Assembly: GCA_965218585.1 (NCBI GenBank)
Contig: CBDCLE010000001.1
Span: forward strand, 64,001 to 128,000
DNA length: 64,000 nucleotides
Source of the DNA: Terriglobia bacterium
GTDB lineage: Bacteria; Acidobacteriota; Terriglobia; 20CM-2-55-15
Direction of reading: 5' to 3'
The notes beneath the pieces are model-generated. The model saw only the letters and a list, made by a program, of their open reading frames with translations, made no database searches and was not told the origin of the DNA. Within the stretch, counting starts at the first letter, position 1; each line of letters starts with the position of its first letter. Shown piece after piece: positions 9,354 through 19,734 of the stretch. Made by a program: the position numbers and the translations under genes.

Positions 9354-10205
9354 CTATTGCTGCACAACCAGAACGGGGCATTCCAGATGGGTCAGTAGCT
9401 CTCTGAAACCTTTTTCAAAGACATCGGCAGTCGGAAGTATAAGAATCCCGGCATCTTCTCCGTGCGTGACGCCACCCAGGAGGGCCGCATCCTTACGCAG
9501 TACGGTGCGGAATAGAACGCTCCGCCGAACGCCCATCCCGTCGAGATCGCTTTGTGCGTTCCCTCTGAGCTGGTCTGCGGTTTCGCCGCTCGTCGGCAGT
9601 ACGATTACCAGGGGCGTTGTTTCATCGCGGGCTATCTGAGTGGCCAGGTTCAGGCCTCCCCGGGCGGCGTCGCTGCCGTCGTAGACCGCGACAACGGATT
9701 GCCCCATGCGAAGTCCTCGGCGGAGCAGTAGCACAGGTGCGTGCGTTTCCGAAAGGATGGTTTCGGTCGTCATTCCGATGCGACCCGACTCGATCAGGGA
9801 CCACCCGCACCGTCCCAGGCTGATCAGATCTGCCTCTTCAGCCGCTCGAAGAAGCTCAGCAGCGACCGACCCTCGCGCTACCCTAAAGGTCCAGGTCAAC
9901 CGCGCCTGGGTCGCAATGGACTCCAGGGCATGCTTGGACTTTGCCGCCTGCGTCCTCAAATGACGTTCAAGTTCGGGCCGTTCAATCCGACGTACCGCGC
10001 CCGAGAAAGATCCCACGGCTGTCGTGATAGGTAGTTCGGCGCTCCGAAGCAAGGTTTCGTCTTCGACGTAAAGGCCACACAACTCGGCATGCAACGCCAC
10101 CGCCAGTCGCGCGGCCACTTCCAGCGCTGCCAGGCTTCCCGGCGACGCGTCCAGCGCGACGAGAATGCGACGAACATCGTGACGAATATTGCTTGTCTCC
10201 GTCAT
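9354..10205 (-). CDS. universal stress protein (tandem USP domains)
   Basis: RRILVALDASPGS and VVAVYDGS starts of two USP domains; PVLVV end; overlaps the protease stop. Confidence 0.88.
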   Translation of the reverse strand: MTETSNIRHDVRRILVALDASPGSLAALEVAARLAVALHAELCGLYVEDETLLRSAELPITTAVGSFSGAVRRIERPELERHLRTQAAKSKHALESIATQARLTWTFRVARGSVAAELLRAAEEADLISLGRCGWSLIESGRIGMTTETILSETHAPVLLLRRGLRMGQSVVAVYDGSDAARGGLNLATQIARDETTPLVIVLPTSGETADQLRGNAQSDLDGMGVRRSVLFRTVLRKDAALLGGVTHGEDAGILILPTADVFEKGFRELLTHLECPVLVVQQ

Positions 10206-12625
10206 GGTTGCTCTTCTTGGGTTGGAGAATCAGGCGGTCCAGCACTCTTGTTGAACGAGGCCTGAGCGGCGGCGAGTTCCCTCAACCGTTGCTCGACCCG
10301 GCCATTGATGCTTTCCGGCGGAAACCTTCCATCTTCACTTAGCGTACCGGCTTCGACTCCGGTGAGGAGTTCAATCCCTTCGTCGATCGTTGCTACTGGA
10401 TAGATGTGGAATTCTCCGGCCTCCACCGCGTTGATGACATCCCGCCTGAGCATGAGGTGCTTCACATTGGATTGCGGAATTAATACGCCCTGGTCTCCAG
10501 TCAAGCCTCTCGCCTGACACAGATCGAAAAACCCTTCGATCTTCTGATTTGCGCCACCGATTGCCTGCACCTGGCCATGCTGATTGACTGATCCGGTGAC
10601 TGCCATGGACTGTTTGACCGGGACACCGGAGATAGCAGACAGGAGTGCATAGAGTTCGGTTGAAGATGCACTGTCTCCGTCGACACCGCTGTAGGATTGT
10701 TCGAATACAAGCGTCGCCGACAACGACAACGGCCGCTCTGCCGCGTACCGCGCTCCAAGGAATCCCGACAGGATCAGGACACCCTTGGAATGGATCGGCC
10801 CGCTGAGTTCGACTTCCCGCTCGATGTTGAGTACTTCTCCCTTGCCCAACCGGATTCTCGCCGTAATCCGACTGGCCTTACCAAATGCAAAATCTCCCAT
10901 CTGGAGAACGGCTAGTCCGTTGACCTGCCCGACGTGGGCGCCCGTGGTGTCGATGGCAATCGTTTCTCTGAGAACCTCTTCCTGCAAGCGGTCCTTGATC
11001 CGATCCACCCGGTGTACTTGTGAATCAATCGCCTTGTCGACTTCCTCGGAGGAAACCGTCTCGTGCTTGACAATTCCTGCCCAGTAATCGCATTCACGCA
11101 GCAGATCTCCTAGACCTCCGATATGTCCGCTGAGACGCTCGGAGTCTCCCACAAGTCGCGCACTGTGTTCGATCACACGCGCGACTGCCGCGCGGTCGAA
11201 CGGGCGCAAATCATTCTTCCGAACCAGGCCCGAAATAAGACGTGCAAGTAGTTGTTCGTTCTCCTTGCTTCGGTCGAGCCGGTCATCGAAGTCGGCGGCC
11301 ACCTTGAACAGACCCGCAAAATCCGGGTCGTGCTGACCCAACAGGTAGTACAGAGTACTGTCCCCGATCAGGACGACCTTGATGTCCAGAGGCGCGGGTT
11401 CTGGTTCCAGCGAAACAGTGCTGACCAACCCCAGCGCCTGCCCCGGAGATTCTATTCGAATCTGCTTGGATTTCAGCGTTCGCTTCAGGCCTTCCCAGGC
11501 ATATGGCTGCATGAGAACGCGACGGACATCCATGATCAGAAATCCGCCGTTGGCCCGGTGCAGAGCGCCCGGTTTGATGAGGTTGAAATCGGTGACCAGT
11601 GTGCCCATTTGCGACTGGTGTTCAATCCGTCCGACGAGATTTTCGTGAACAGGGTGATCCTCGTAGACCACCGGCGCGCCTTCGGTTTCGCTGTGATCGA
11701 CCAGAACATTGACGGCGTAGCGGCGGACGATGGCAGAACCGTCCTGCGGAGCCATCCCGGTCTGCGGATCCTGTGCTTGAACGAATTCACGGGCATGATG
11801 GGTCAGGTCTTCCTGAACCTCATTGAGATAGGAGAGGATCGGTTCGAAGTCCTTATATTTTCCCCGCAGCTCGTCGATCAGGTGTCCGACGGAAAACTCC
11901 GTGATTTCCTTGTTGAGCTCTCGAACCCGCCCGCGCAATTCTCTTTCCGAGCCGGGCAGGCGGCGGAGAATGACCTGCAATTCCTCCTGGAGGTCCTCGA
12001 TGTCTTTTTCAAGCTGTTCCTGTTCATCTTTTGGAAGCTCCTGATAGGCCTCCCGCGAAATGACATCGCCGTCCCTGGCGGGTGCGAAAACGATACCAGC
12101 CGGAGTCTGAAGCATAGCGAAGCCCTTGGTCTTGGCGTCTTCCTGAAGCTTCTCGAGCTTTTCTTCGTGCTGTTCCTTGAAATCCTGCTGTGTCGAGTGC
12201 AATCGAGACTGGTATTCTTCGCTTTCGAAAGCGGCGGGCAGGGTCGTCAATATTTCTTCGACGAGCTCTGCCATGTCTGTCTTCAGTGACCCGGCCGTTC
12301 CGTTAGCGAGTCGAAGAAGCTGCGGTTTGTTGGGTTCCTTGAAGTTGTTGACGTAGCAGATGTCGGCCGGAACCGGACGGTCGGCGGCCTCTTCGTTCAG
12401 GAAGTGCTCCACAATGAATTGACGACCGGTCCCGGGGGCGCCCAGGGCAAAGACATTGTAGCCGTCGTGCCCCATTCCCACAGCGAATCGCACCGATTCG
12501 ACAGCGCGGGGCTGTCCGACGATTTCTACGCCATCCTCGATATCCGCCGTCGTCTTGAAGTCGAACGTCGTTGGATCCGAACGCGTGTAAAGTGCTTCGG
12601 GCTCGAGTTCTTTTGGAACACCCAT
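10202..12625 (-). CDS. Lon-like (S16, LonB/LonC type) AAA protease
   Basis: GQPRA, GAPGTGR, PGALHRANGGFL, HSKG and DGDSAS (catalytic Ser) with a downstream Lys. Confidence 0.92.
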   Translation of the reverse strand: MGVPKELEPEALYTRSDPTTFDFKTTADIEDGVEIVGQPRAVESVRFAVGMGHDGYNVFALGAPGTGRQFIVEHFLNEEAADRPVPADICYVNNFKEPNKPQLLRLANGTAGSLKTDMAELVEEILTTLPAAFESEEYQSRLHSTQQDFKEQHEEKLEKLQEDAKTKGFAMLQTPAGIVFAPARDGDVISREAYQELPKDEQEQLEKDIEDLQEELQVILRRLPGSERELRGRVRELNKEITEFSVGHLIDELRGKYKDFEPILSYLNEVQEDLTHHAREFVQAQDPQTGMAPQDGSAIVRRYAVNVLVDHSETEGAPVVYEDHPVHENLVGRIEHQSQMGTLVTDFNLIKPGALHRANGGFLIMDVRRVLMQPYAWEGLKRTLKSKQIRIESPGQALGLVSTVSLEPEPAPLDIKVVLIGDSTLYYLLGQHDPDFAGLFKVAADFDDRLDRSKENEQLLARLISGLVRKNDLRPFDRAAVARVIEHSARLVGDSERLSGHIGGLGDLLRECDYWAGIVKHETVSSEEVDKAIDSQVHRVDRIKDRLQEEVLRETIAIDTTGAHVGQVNGLAVLQMGDFAFGKASRITARIRLGKGEVLNIEREVELSGPIHSKGVLILSGFLGARYAAERPLSLSATLVFEQSYSGVDGDSASSTELYALLSAISGVPVKQSMAVTGSVNQHGQVQAIGGANQKIEGFFDLCQARGLTGDQGVLIPQSNVKHLMLRRDVINAVEAGEFHIYPVATIDEGIELLTGVEAGTLSEDGRFPPESINGRVEQRLRELAAAQASFNKSAGPPDSPTQEEQP

Positions 12626-12740
12626 CCGTTTCCTCCCTTCCCATTGTCAGTCTATCAGGTAGGGAAGTGATGAGTGGCCAGTGATGAGGAGGAATGCAGG
12701 GGTAGGTGATAAGACCGTCTTCATTTCGAGTCCCGGAAAG

Positions 12741-15190
12741 CTAGAATCGCAAAGACGGCAGGTAATTGATGCCGCTAAACAATGGCTCCGCCCGATACAG
12801 CACGTTCTTTTCCAGGAGATTGATCCCGATGAAATAGAGCGTCCCATCGTCTCTGAGGTCGATGTCGAAGGGGCGCCAGGGACGGAACCGGTCACCGTCT
12901 TCGGTCGCTTCGCCAGTCCGGTAGACAATGCGCATCACCCCGTCGGAATTTCGTTCGACGATGACGGTGCCGCCGTTGATGTTCAGGATGAAGGCGATGT
13001 CGCCCCGCCGATTGACCTCAAAATCTCTGTCGATCCAGTAAATCTCTGCACCGTTGGGCATGAGGCTGCCGGTCTGAACGATCGGAATCCAGCCGGTGGG
13101 GCTGTATTCGGCAAGTATCGATCCTCCAACCGCGGTGTTAAACAGGGCATAGAATGTATTGCCCGCCCCGCGGAGGCCGGCAAACGTGGCCGGATATTCG
13201 ATGATGGTTTCCACACTGCTTCCATTGCGAAAGACGCCATCCCCGGCAGCGAAGTAAAGATCGCCTTGAGGATTTCGAGTAGCGCTGGAAAGATCGCCGC
13301 TTTGGGGCGAATCCCGATCCGTCTGTCCCGGAATCCACGAGCGTATCAAACCCGTTGAAGCCACTTCATGGATGGCCACCGGTTCGCCGCCGGTGTAAAT
13401 CATCGGGTTACCGTTGAGTGCTCCGGGAACAAAGCTGAGAAAATTCAGGTTTGCCGGTGCATTGATGAGGTCTCGGGCCTGGAATAGCGGTGTTGACGAG
13501 CCGGCTTCAACAACGACGAATCTGCTGTCGGTCGTTTCGATCCAGGCGTAAATCGTTCCGTTGGAGGTGATCACGGCATCCCGATGACTTCTCACACGTC
13601 CTTCTCCGACTGGGTCGTCCCATAACAGGACGGACGCGCTGATCGTGCCGTCCCAACGTATGAAACCACCCCCATCACCGACATCACCGTTAAAGACCAC
13701 TTCGCCCCTGTTGTTTATCGCATAGATCCTGTCGAAACTCCTGAGCTCTCCCGGACTCATCGTCCGAATTCCGGTAGACGGGCTATAGACGGCCGGAACT
13801 CGTCCCTGGTTGTCGATGTCGAGGTCAAAGGCCAGGGTTCCGTTCGGTGCTACGGCCAGCCCGCCGAACCGTCCCGCGACCGATCCATCGGGCAACGTGT
13901 CGCCCGTCATGATGATCTTCCGGGGTGCCGACAAGCCGTCTGCGCTGTAGAGCGCGTCCGTTCCCTGATAACTGACCCTGAAGTAGGCTGTTCCGGCCCC
14001 GTCCACTCCGAAATCGTATTCGATGCCGAAACCGTCAGGAAATTCTGCCAGGGGAAGCGTCACGCCCCATACAACCTGCAGTCGTCCGTCCGACAACTTG
14101 AAGATTCCATCCTGGTCCCAGGCTCGCCAGGCAAGTCGTAGGTGCCGCGAAAGACGATGTCTCCGCGATCGTTCAGGGAGTCACGATCGATAGTGAAGTT
14201 TCGAATCTGCTGGAAGCTGCCTTGTGTCTGCCCCTCCACAAGTACGATCCGAGTGCCTGACTGTGATGCCGTGACCAGGTGCGACGAATTGCCGCGCGTG
14301 CGGGTTTTCGTCAGAACCACACCATTATTGTTGATGGCTGTTCCATTAAAACCCCAGACATAACTCTGTGGAAACGCGCCCGGGGTTCCGGCTGAAGCCA
14401 ACACATCCCAGTTGCCGCCCTCGTAACGCAACAACCCCGCTGTCAGTCCGTCCAGTCCTGATATGAGGGCTATCTGGCCGGCATCGTTGACCGAGAGGCT
14501 TGGTTCCTGACCGGGGAGCAACTGGAAAGACTGAGTGAGAGTATCGGTCGCTACCAAACGCGTGAGACGGAATTCCTTACGCCGTTCGATGATGATTTCA
14601 GTAGAGACGGTAAGCCGCTCGGTCTGTCCTTGCTGGGCCCCCCAGAATGGAATACTGGCCTTGACCGTAACCCGCCCCTCTGCGACCGCATAAAAGAGCC
14701 CGGTGTTGCTGATCCAGGCAGTCCGGGTGTAGTACCCGTTGGGTCCGGACGTCTCCCACTCAAAGTTCACGTCGGATATTGGGGTACCGTTTGCGTCGAT
14801 CGCGCTCGCCTGAAGCTGGACGGTATCTCCTTCGGCGACGGCCCCCTCCACGTTGCTCAATTCGAGTCGCAGAGGAAGAACCTGGACGTTCATCGAAGTC
14901 CATCTGCCGTTAAGGCCGACAGATGCCCAGCTGTTTCCCACACCGAGACCCGTTACCAGACCAGTGCCGGAGATCGAGAGGATGCCCTCATCGGAAGAGT
15001 TCCAGTTGAAACCAGTATTGACGACGCCACTTCCGGTCAACCCGGCGGCCCGGAGCTGGAGTTGCTCGCCAACGATGAGTTCCGACCGATCGGCGCTCAA
15101 TATGACCTGACCGTCGAACTGCTGGCTTTCAGCGACATTCGTAAACAGGAAAACCAGGCCCAGAATCAGAAACAAGCGGTTCGGTCTCAT
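12741..15190 (-). CDS. large exported protein with Ig-like (Big_2) domains and beta-propeller repeats; frameshift near 14100
   Basis: Signal peptide; WNSSDEGILSISGTGLVTG Ig motif; recurring INNxG/LNDRG blade motifs in two overlapping ORFs (14060-15190, 12741-14096). Confidence 0.7.
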
Positions 15191-16530
15191 TGGAACACCT
15201 CGTCAATGGAGGTGTAGAGACCGGTCGATGCGAAGGGAACGTACTCGAAGCGACGACCGGACGGCGTATCCTGGATGCTCTTCGTCCAGTCGATGCCCAA
15301 TGCCGAATACATCGTTGCAGCGATGTCTTCCATGACGATAGCGCGGCCACCGCTCCATCCCGGGTCCACAACCGCCGCACCGCCCGAATCGGTCGAACCG
15401 ATGTTTTTGTTCCCGCGAACGCCTCCTCCTATCAAAGCAACTGACATTGCGTTCTTGTGGTGGTCACGTCCGCCCTGCAGGTTGAGAGCTCCCGGAGTTC
15501 GCCCGAACTCGCCCATCATCACGATGAGTGTCTGATCCAGATCGCCCGAATCTTTCAGGTCCTGGACCAGCGCTCCTATAGCGGTATCCAGTTCGTTGGT
15601 CAGGGTGTAGTGGTTGGGCGTGGCGTTCCTGTCGAACATGCGCTGGTGCGTATCCCAGCCGGAATGCGTCAGAGCGATAAACGTCGTTCCGTTCTTTGCC
15701 CGGACGGCGTTCCGTGCAACGCGGGCCGCCCGTCCCAGAGACGTATCTCCGTATCGCAGGTTTTCGTCATTGCTCAGCTGGAAGACCGAAGCGATCGACT
15801 CGTTAAACATCATCTGGCGGGCCGATTCGTAATGGTCTGCCTGGGCGGCCATCTCGATGCTGAGCGGTGCATTTCGAAGTCGACTGTCCAGTCGTTCCAG
15901 CAGCGCGTAGCGTTCGAAGAAACGTGTGCGGCTGTCTTCTCCGAAATAGTCGTGCTGGATTGCGGTGAGGCTATTGCCGTCGGTTGGCGCGGCGAGCGGG
16001 GCTACCGACCCGCCCAGAAACGTCGATCCCTGGAATGTGCCTCCATCCTGGTTAAGAGAAAGGAAGGGTGGCATCGGACCTGCGCCCTGCAGTTCCTGAG
16101 AGATGATGGCGCCGACATGCGGTGTTTCTGCGAGAAAAGCGGGATTCGAGGGGTGTGCCGTTTGCATGTAGAAGACACCGCGATCGTGAATCGCCTCCCA
16201 GCTCCGGACCGACCGAAGAATGCACATGTCGTCCGTTAACGTGGACAGCTTCGGGAAAAATGTGTTCGACAGGGCGATGTTGCCACGCTGTTGGATGTCT
16301 GCGTCCGCGGGGTTCCAGGCTGCGTCCTTCACGTCAAACGTGTCCAGGTGCGACGGGGCTCCGTTCAGGTAGACGAAGATGCAGGATCGCGCAGTTCCAC
16401 GGACAACAGGATTGAGAGTTGAAGTCTGGGCGCTTCCGTGACGTGCGATCAGACTGAACGCAGCTGTGGCAGCCGCCTGTTTGAGCCAGTCGCGTCGGCT
16501 GATCTTTTTGCAACTAGGGCAGTGTTTCAT
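15187..16530 (-). CDS. DUF1501 family Tat-exported protein
   Basis: SRRDWLK Tat motif; GAPSHLDTFD, GWDTH, GEFGRTP and GRDH motifs. Confidence 0.92.
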   Translation of the reverse strand: MKHCPSCKKISRRDWLKQAAATAAFSLIARHGSAQTSTLNPVVRGTARSCIFVYLNGAPSHLDTFDVKDAAWNPADADIQQRGNIALSNTFFPKLSTLTDDMCILRSVRSWEAIHDRGVFYMQTAHPSNPAFLAETPHVGAIISQELQGAGPMPPFLSLNQDGGTFQGSTFLGGSVAPLAAPTDGNSLTAIQHDYFGEDSRTRFFERYALLERLDSRLRNAPLSIEMAAQADHYESARQMMFNESIASVFQLSNDENLRYGDTSLGRAARVARNAVRAKNGTTFIALTHSGWDTHQRMFDRNATPNHYTLTNELDTAIGALVQDLKDSGDLDQTLIVMMGEFGRTPGALNLQGGRDHHKNAMSVALIGGGVRGNKNIGSTDSGGAAVVDPGWSGGRAIVMEDIAATMYSALGIDWTKSIQDTPSGRRFEYVPFASTGLYTSIDEVFQ

Positions 16531-16823
16531 TTTTCAGCGTAGGGCCATCCATGAGCATGGGGTCCACCGTCCCCCAGTGACCCAACTTTCCCGAGTGCAC
16601 TGGCGCATTGGCTTTTTGAACTCTGAAGGGAGCGCAAGCGCTGGTCCGGTCCCCCCACGCCTGGAGCCAGCATTCCCTCCAGGGCACGCAGTCAGGAGAC
16701 TGCGCTGGAAAGATCGTTCGGCCACGCGCCCAGCGCGACGGTATTGGCCGGCCGTTTGAACGACCGCTGCAAGTCTTCCTCTTCGATGAATCGAATCGAA
16801 ACATCTTTCGGTGTTTTCACCCC

Positions 16824-18651
16824 TCAATAACTAAAAATAAAATCCAGCTTGTTCAACAGCGCCCACTGGCAGTCGGCCAGCCACTGTTCGTAATCATTCG
16901 TCCTGACATCAAGCAACGCCTGAAACTCGTCATCCGTCGACCAGCGACCGAGCGTCGCGAGGAAGAGCTGGTCGACAGCCTCGCGGTCGCCGAGCCCGGA
17001 CTGAGCCACACGTGTGACGTGAGTCAGGACACCCCGGTTTCCGAACACACGGGAGTTGACGATGTCGTCGTTCATCAGGAACAACGCCTGAAGGACACTT
17101 CCGCCGGCCGTGGCGGGCGTCTGCCACCAGTCTCCGCGTCCCAGCCGGTCCAGAAAATCCATGATTCGGTAGTTGTCCCGAGGCTCGCTCGGGTCGGGCA
17201 ACTGCCCGGCGTACATCAGGGGGCGATTGAAGCCCTCGACGAACATGGGTGTTTCCGTCATCGTCGAGGTGATTATCGCGTCGTATATTTCCTCGGGAGA
17301 AAGTCGGCGTGGTTCATGCTTGGCGAAGTAAAGCGCGTATTCGGGACGCCAATCGCCGGTGTATTCGCTCGAAAGCTGGTAGGCGCGGCTCTGGCTGATC
17401 AGGCGAATGACGTGGCGGATGCTGTACCCGCTACGAATGAACTCGTCGGCAAGCGCTTCGATCAGTTCCGGGTGCGTCGGCTGAATCGGCCAGGGAGCTG
17501 GAGGCGGATTGAGCGGATCGATACGTGCCAAATCCCACCCGTTAGGTGGATCGACGATGCCGGAGCCGAAGAAATGTGCCCAGAGGTAGTTCACTGTCGC
17601 TCGCGCGAACTGCCTGTCGGATACAACCAGGCGTGCCAGCTCCTGCCGCCAGTTGCTTCCGACCGGCTCTTCCCCTGAGAAAACATATACCGGCGTTGCT
17701 GCGGCTCCTGTTCTAAAAGGCCGGGGACCGGGATTCTGCGGATTGACGACGCCCGTGTACACTCCGGTGCTCCGGTCGGCTATGACAAACTTTGACTGTT
17801 CTTCAAACGCATCGGCTGGGAGTTGGATCAAGTTGGTCCGGGACATGAAGGCCGAAAGGCCCCAGAACTCTTCTCGCCGGCGTTCGGCCAGGTATAGATT
17901 GATTTCTTCGAGGTGGTTTTCGCCGTGATGGCAGGAGACGCACTCGGTCTTAACTCCAAGAAACTTCGTTGTAATTCGATCGGTCAGAACATCCCAGGTG
18001 TCCTGGACGGGATCTCCTTCCTGAATGCCGCGAACTAGGAAGTTCGGCGGCCCCGTTTCGTGAGAGTCACCCGTGGCGGTGATCAACTCGGTAACCACAT
18101 CAGCGTACGATCGGTCGCGCGCCACAAAGTCTCTCAAGTAGTTATAGAAGAGATTGCGACCCGGGATTCCGATGAAATAGTAGTACTCGCTTGTGACCTC
18201 GAAATGGTTTGCGAAGAACCCGGTCCAGTAATCCACGAAAGCCTGGGAGGCAATCAATTCATCGATCAACTTCACTCGCTTCGTGGGGTCTCGGCTTGCT
18301 ATGAAGCTCTGTACGCGTTCGATTGATGGAATGCGCCCGGTGAGGTCGAGAGAAAATCGTCGAATCAACTCCGTGTCAGTGGCCCCGGAGGCTGGGGGCA
18401 CACCGTCCGCAGTCATCCGATTGAAAATGTGCGGATCGATGATGTTGTTCGCCACCGGGACCGCCGTGCCCCGCGGGCCGGACCACAGCAGCGTCGGTTC
18501 CACGATGTTCGTCATCGCGCGCATCGTGCTCTCCATCGCCAGTCGGGCTTGGAGCACTTGCCGTTGCGGTTTCGGATATACCGGGCAATACGGATCGTCA
18601 CCACCTATGGTGGTAATAAGTAGCGCAAGGGATGATGGGTATTCTGATCAT
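16824..18651 (-). CDS. DUF1549/DUF1553 domain protein (frameshift near 18628 in the signal peptide)
   Basis: RRFSLDLTGRIP, CVSCH heme-type motif, VNYLWAHFFGSGIV, PTHPEL, WALLN; removing one C restores MIRIPIILALLITTIGG. Confidence 0.88.
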
Positions 18652-19061
18652 GTGTCACCAACTGTAGCTAGATGCAAGGCCTTCGCCGTTCCACGGCAGA
18701 AGAGTCGCCTCCTGCGACTGTACTCACTGAAAGCAGTCTGAAATGCCGCGTTTCGGAATGTGCTGAGAGTTATCCGGCGAATGACGCCGGTTAACTCTTA
18801 ACTTCCATGCCTTGACTCGGTTTGAACCGCAGACTACGTCCGATAATTGTCGCACGAGGTCATCGATTGTCTAGTCGGAAAGAGATGGCAGGTCCGTTAA
18901 AGGAAAGCCTGGGTTGGCTCGGAGTTTCGCAGCGGCAGAACGGTCAGCCGTATTGACGCTATAAGTCTAGTTATATATCTATTTAGATGTGGATTCCTAG
19001 TTTGTGACTTTAAGCCTACCAACCCCTCTCAAGATTCGATGAGGAAGACGGAAACAGATTA

Positions 19062-19517
19062 TTACTGCACACGTTCGGCGGTGAATTCGACTTCATCGCG
19101 GAGGTCGCCGCCACCCCCCCGGCCACCGCGACCACCGCCACCGCGACCACCTCTGTCACCATCGCCACTGCCGCCGCCGGTTGAGGAAACTCGGGTGAAC
19201 GCGATTTCGTCGCCGCTTACAGTCCCCGTATAGTTCAGTGTGAGGGTTCCGCTACCGCCACCCCGACCCTGCATCGTCTGCTGGAACGAGATCTGGTTGC
19301 CATTGACCATTCCCTCATCGATCGGAACGCCGAACAACGTTCCCATGCTTATCGTCCCTGTCAGGTCGTTCCCGCTCACTTCGAAGTTAAACACCATCAC
19401 CACCTCCTCACCGCCCGGCGCGAGGGCTGTGGCCCTCCATCTTCCTTCTGCGTTCTGGGCTGAGGCTGGAACCGCGGCCAGAAGCGCGGCAGCGAGAATC
19501 AAAACTCGGTAAGTCAT
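19062..19517 (-). CDS. small exported beta-rich protein with a Gly/Arg-rich loop
   Basis: GGAGG RBS; signal peptide MTYRVLILAAALLAAVPASAQ; ends FTAERVQ. Confidence 0.75.
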   Translation of the reverse strand: MTYRVLILAAALLAAVPASAQNAEGRWRATALAPGGEEVVMVFNFEVSGNDLTGTISMGTLFGVPIDEGMVNGNQISFQQTMQGRGGGSGTLTLNYTGTVSGDEIAFTRVSSTGGGSGDGDRGGRGGGGRGGRGGGGDLRDEVEFTAERVQ

Positions 19518-19624
19518 AGAAGGTCCTCCCGTTATTCTTGCGGGGATTATACGTCCGCCCTTTGGAAAGGTCACGAGATTCTCCCTCAAGAGGCAGTTCG
19601 ACACGGGACAGAAGGTCTCGAGCT

Positions 19625-19652
19625 TAATGCCCGAGTGAATTTGTGCCGAACA
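19625..19652 (+). promoter_or_regulatory. sigma28-like promoter upstream of the FliG_N-like ORF
   Basis: TAAT-N16-GCCGAACA, 7 nt before the ATG at 19660. Confidence 0.35.
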
Positions 19653-19734
19653 GAAGTGTATGGAAGAAGAGACGAAGATGAATTCTGCTGCAGCACTCAT
19701 GGTTCTGCTGGGCGAAGATCTTGCCTCGGAAATC

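Noticed and set aside
11252-12289. Long antisense ORFs (also 35226-36287, 37366-38304, 26121-27125, 20120-21019)
   Set aside because: Shadow frames of well-supported genes in GC-rich DNA; no motifs
19100-19180. CCACCG-type short repeats
   Set aside because: They simply encode the Gly/Arg-rich loop of the small exported protein
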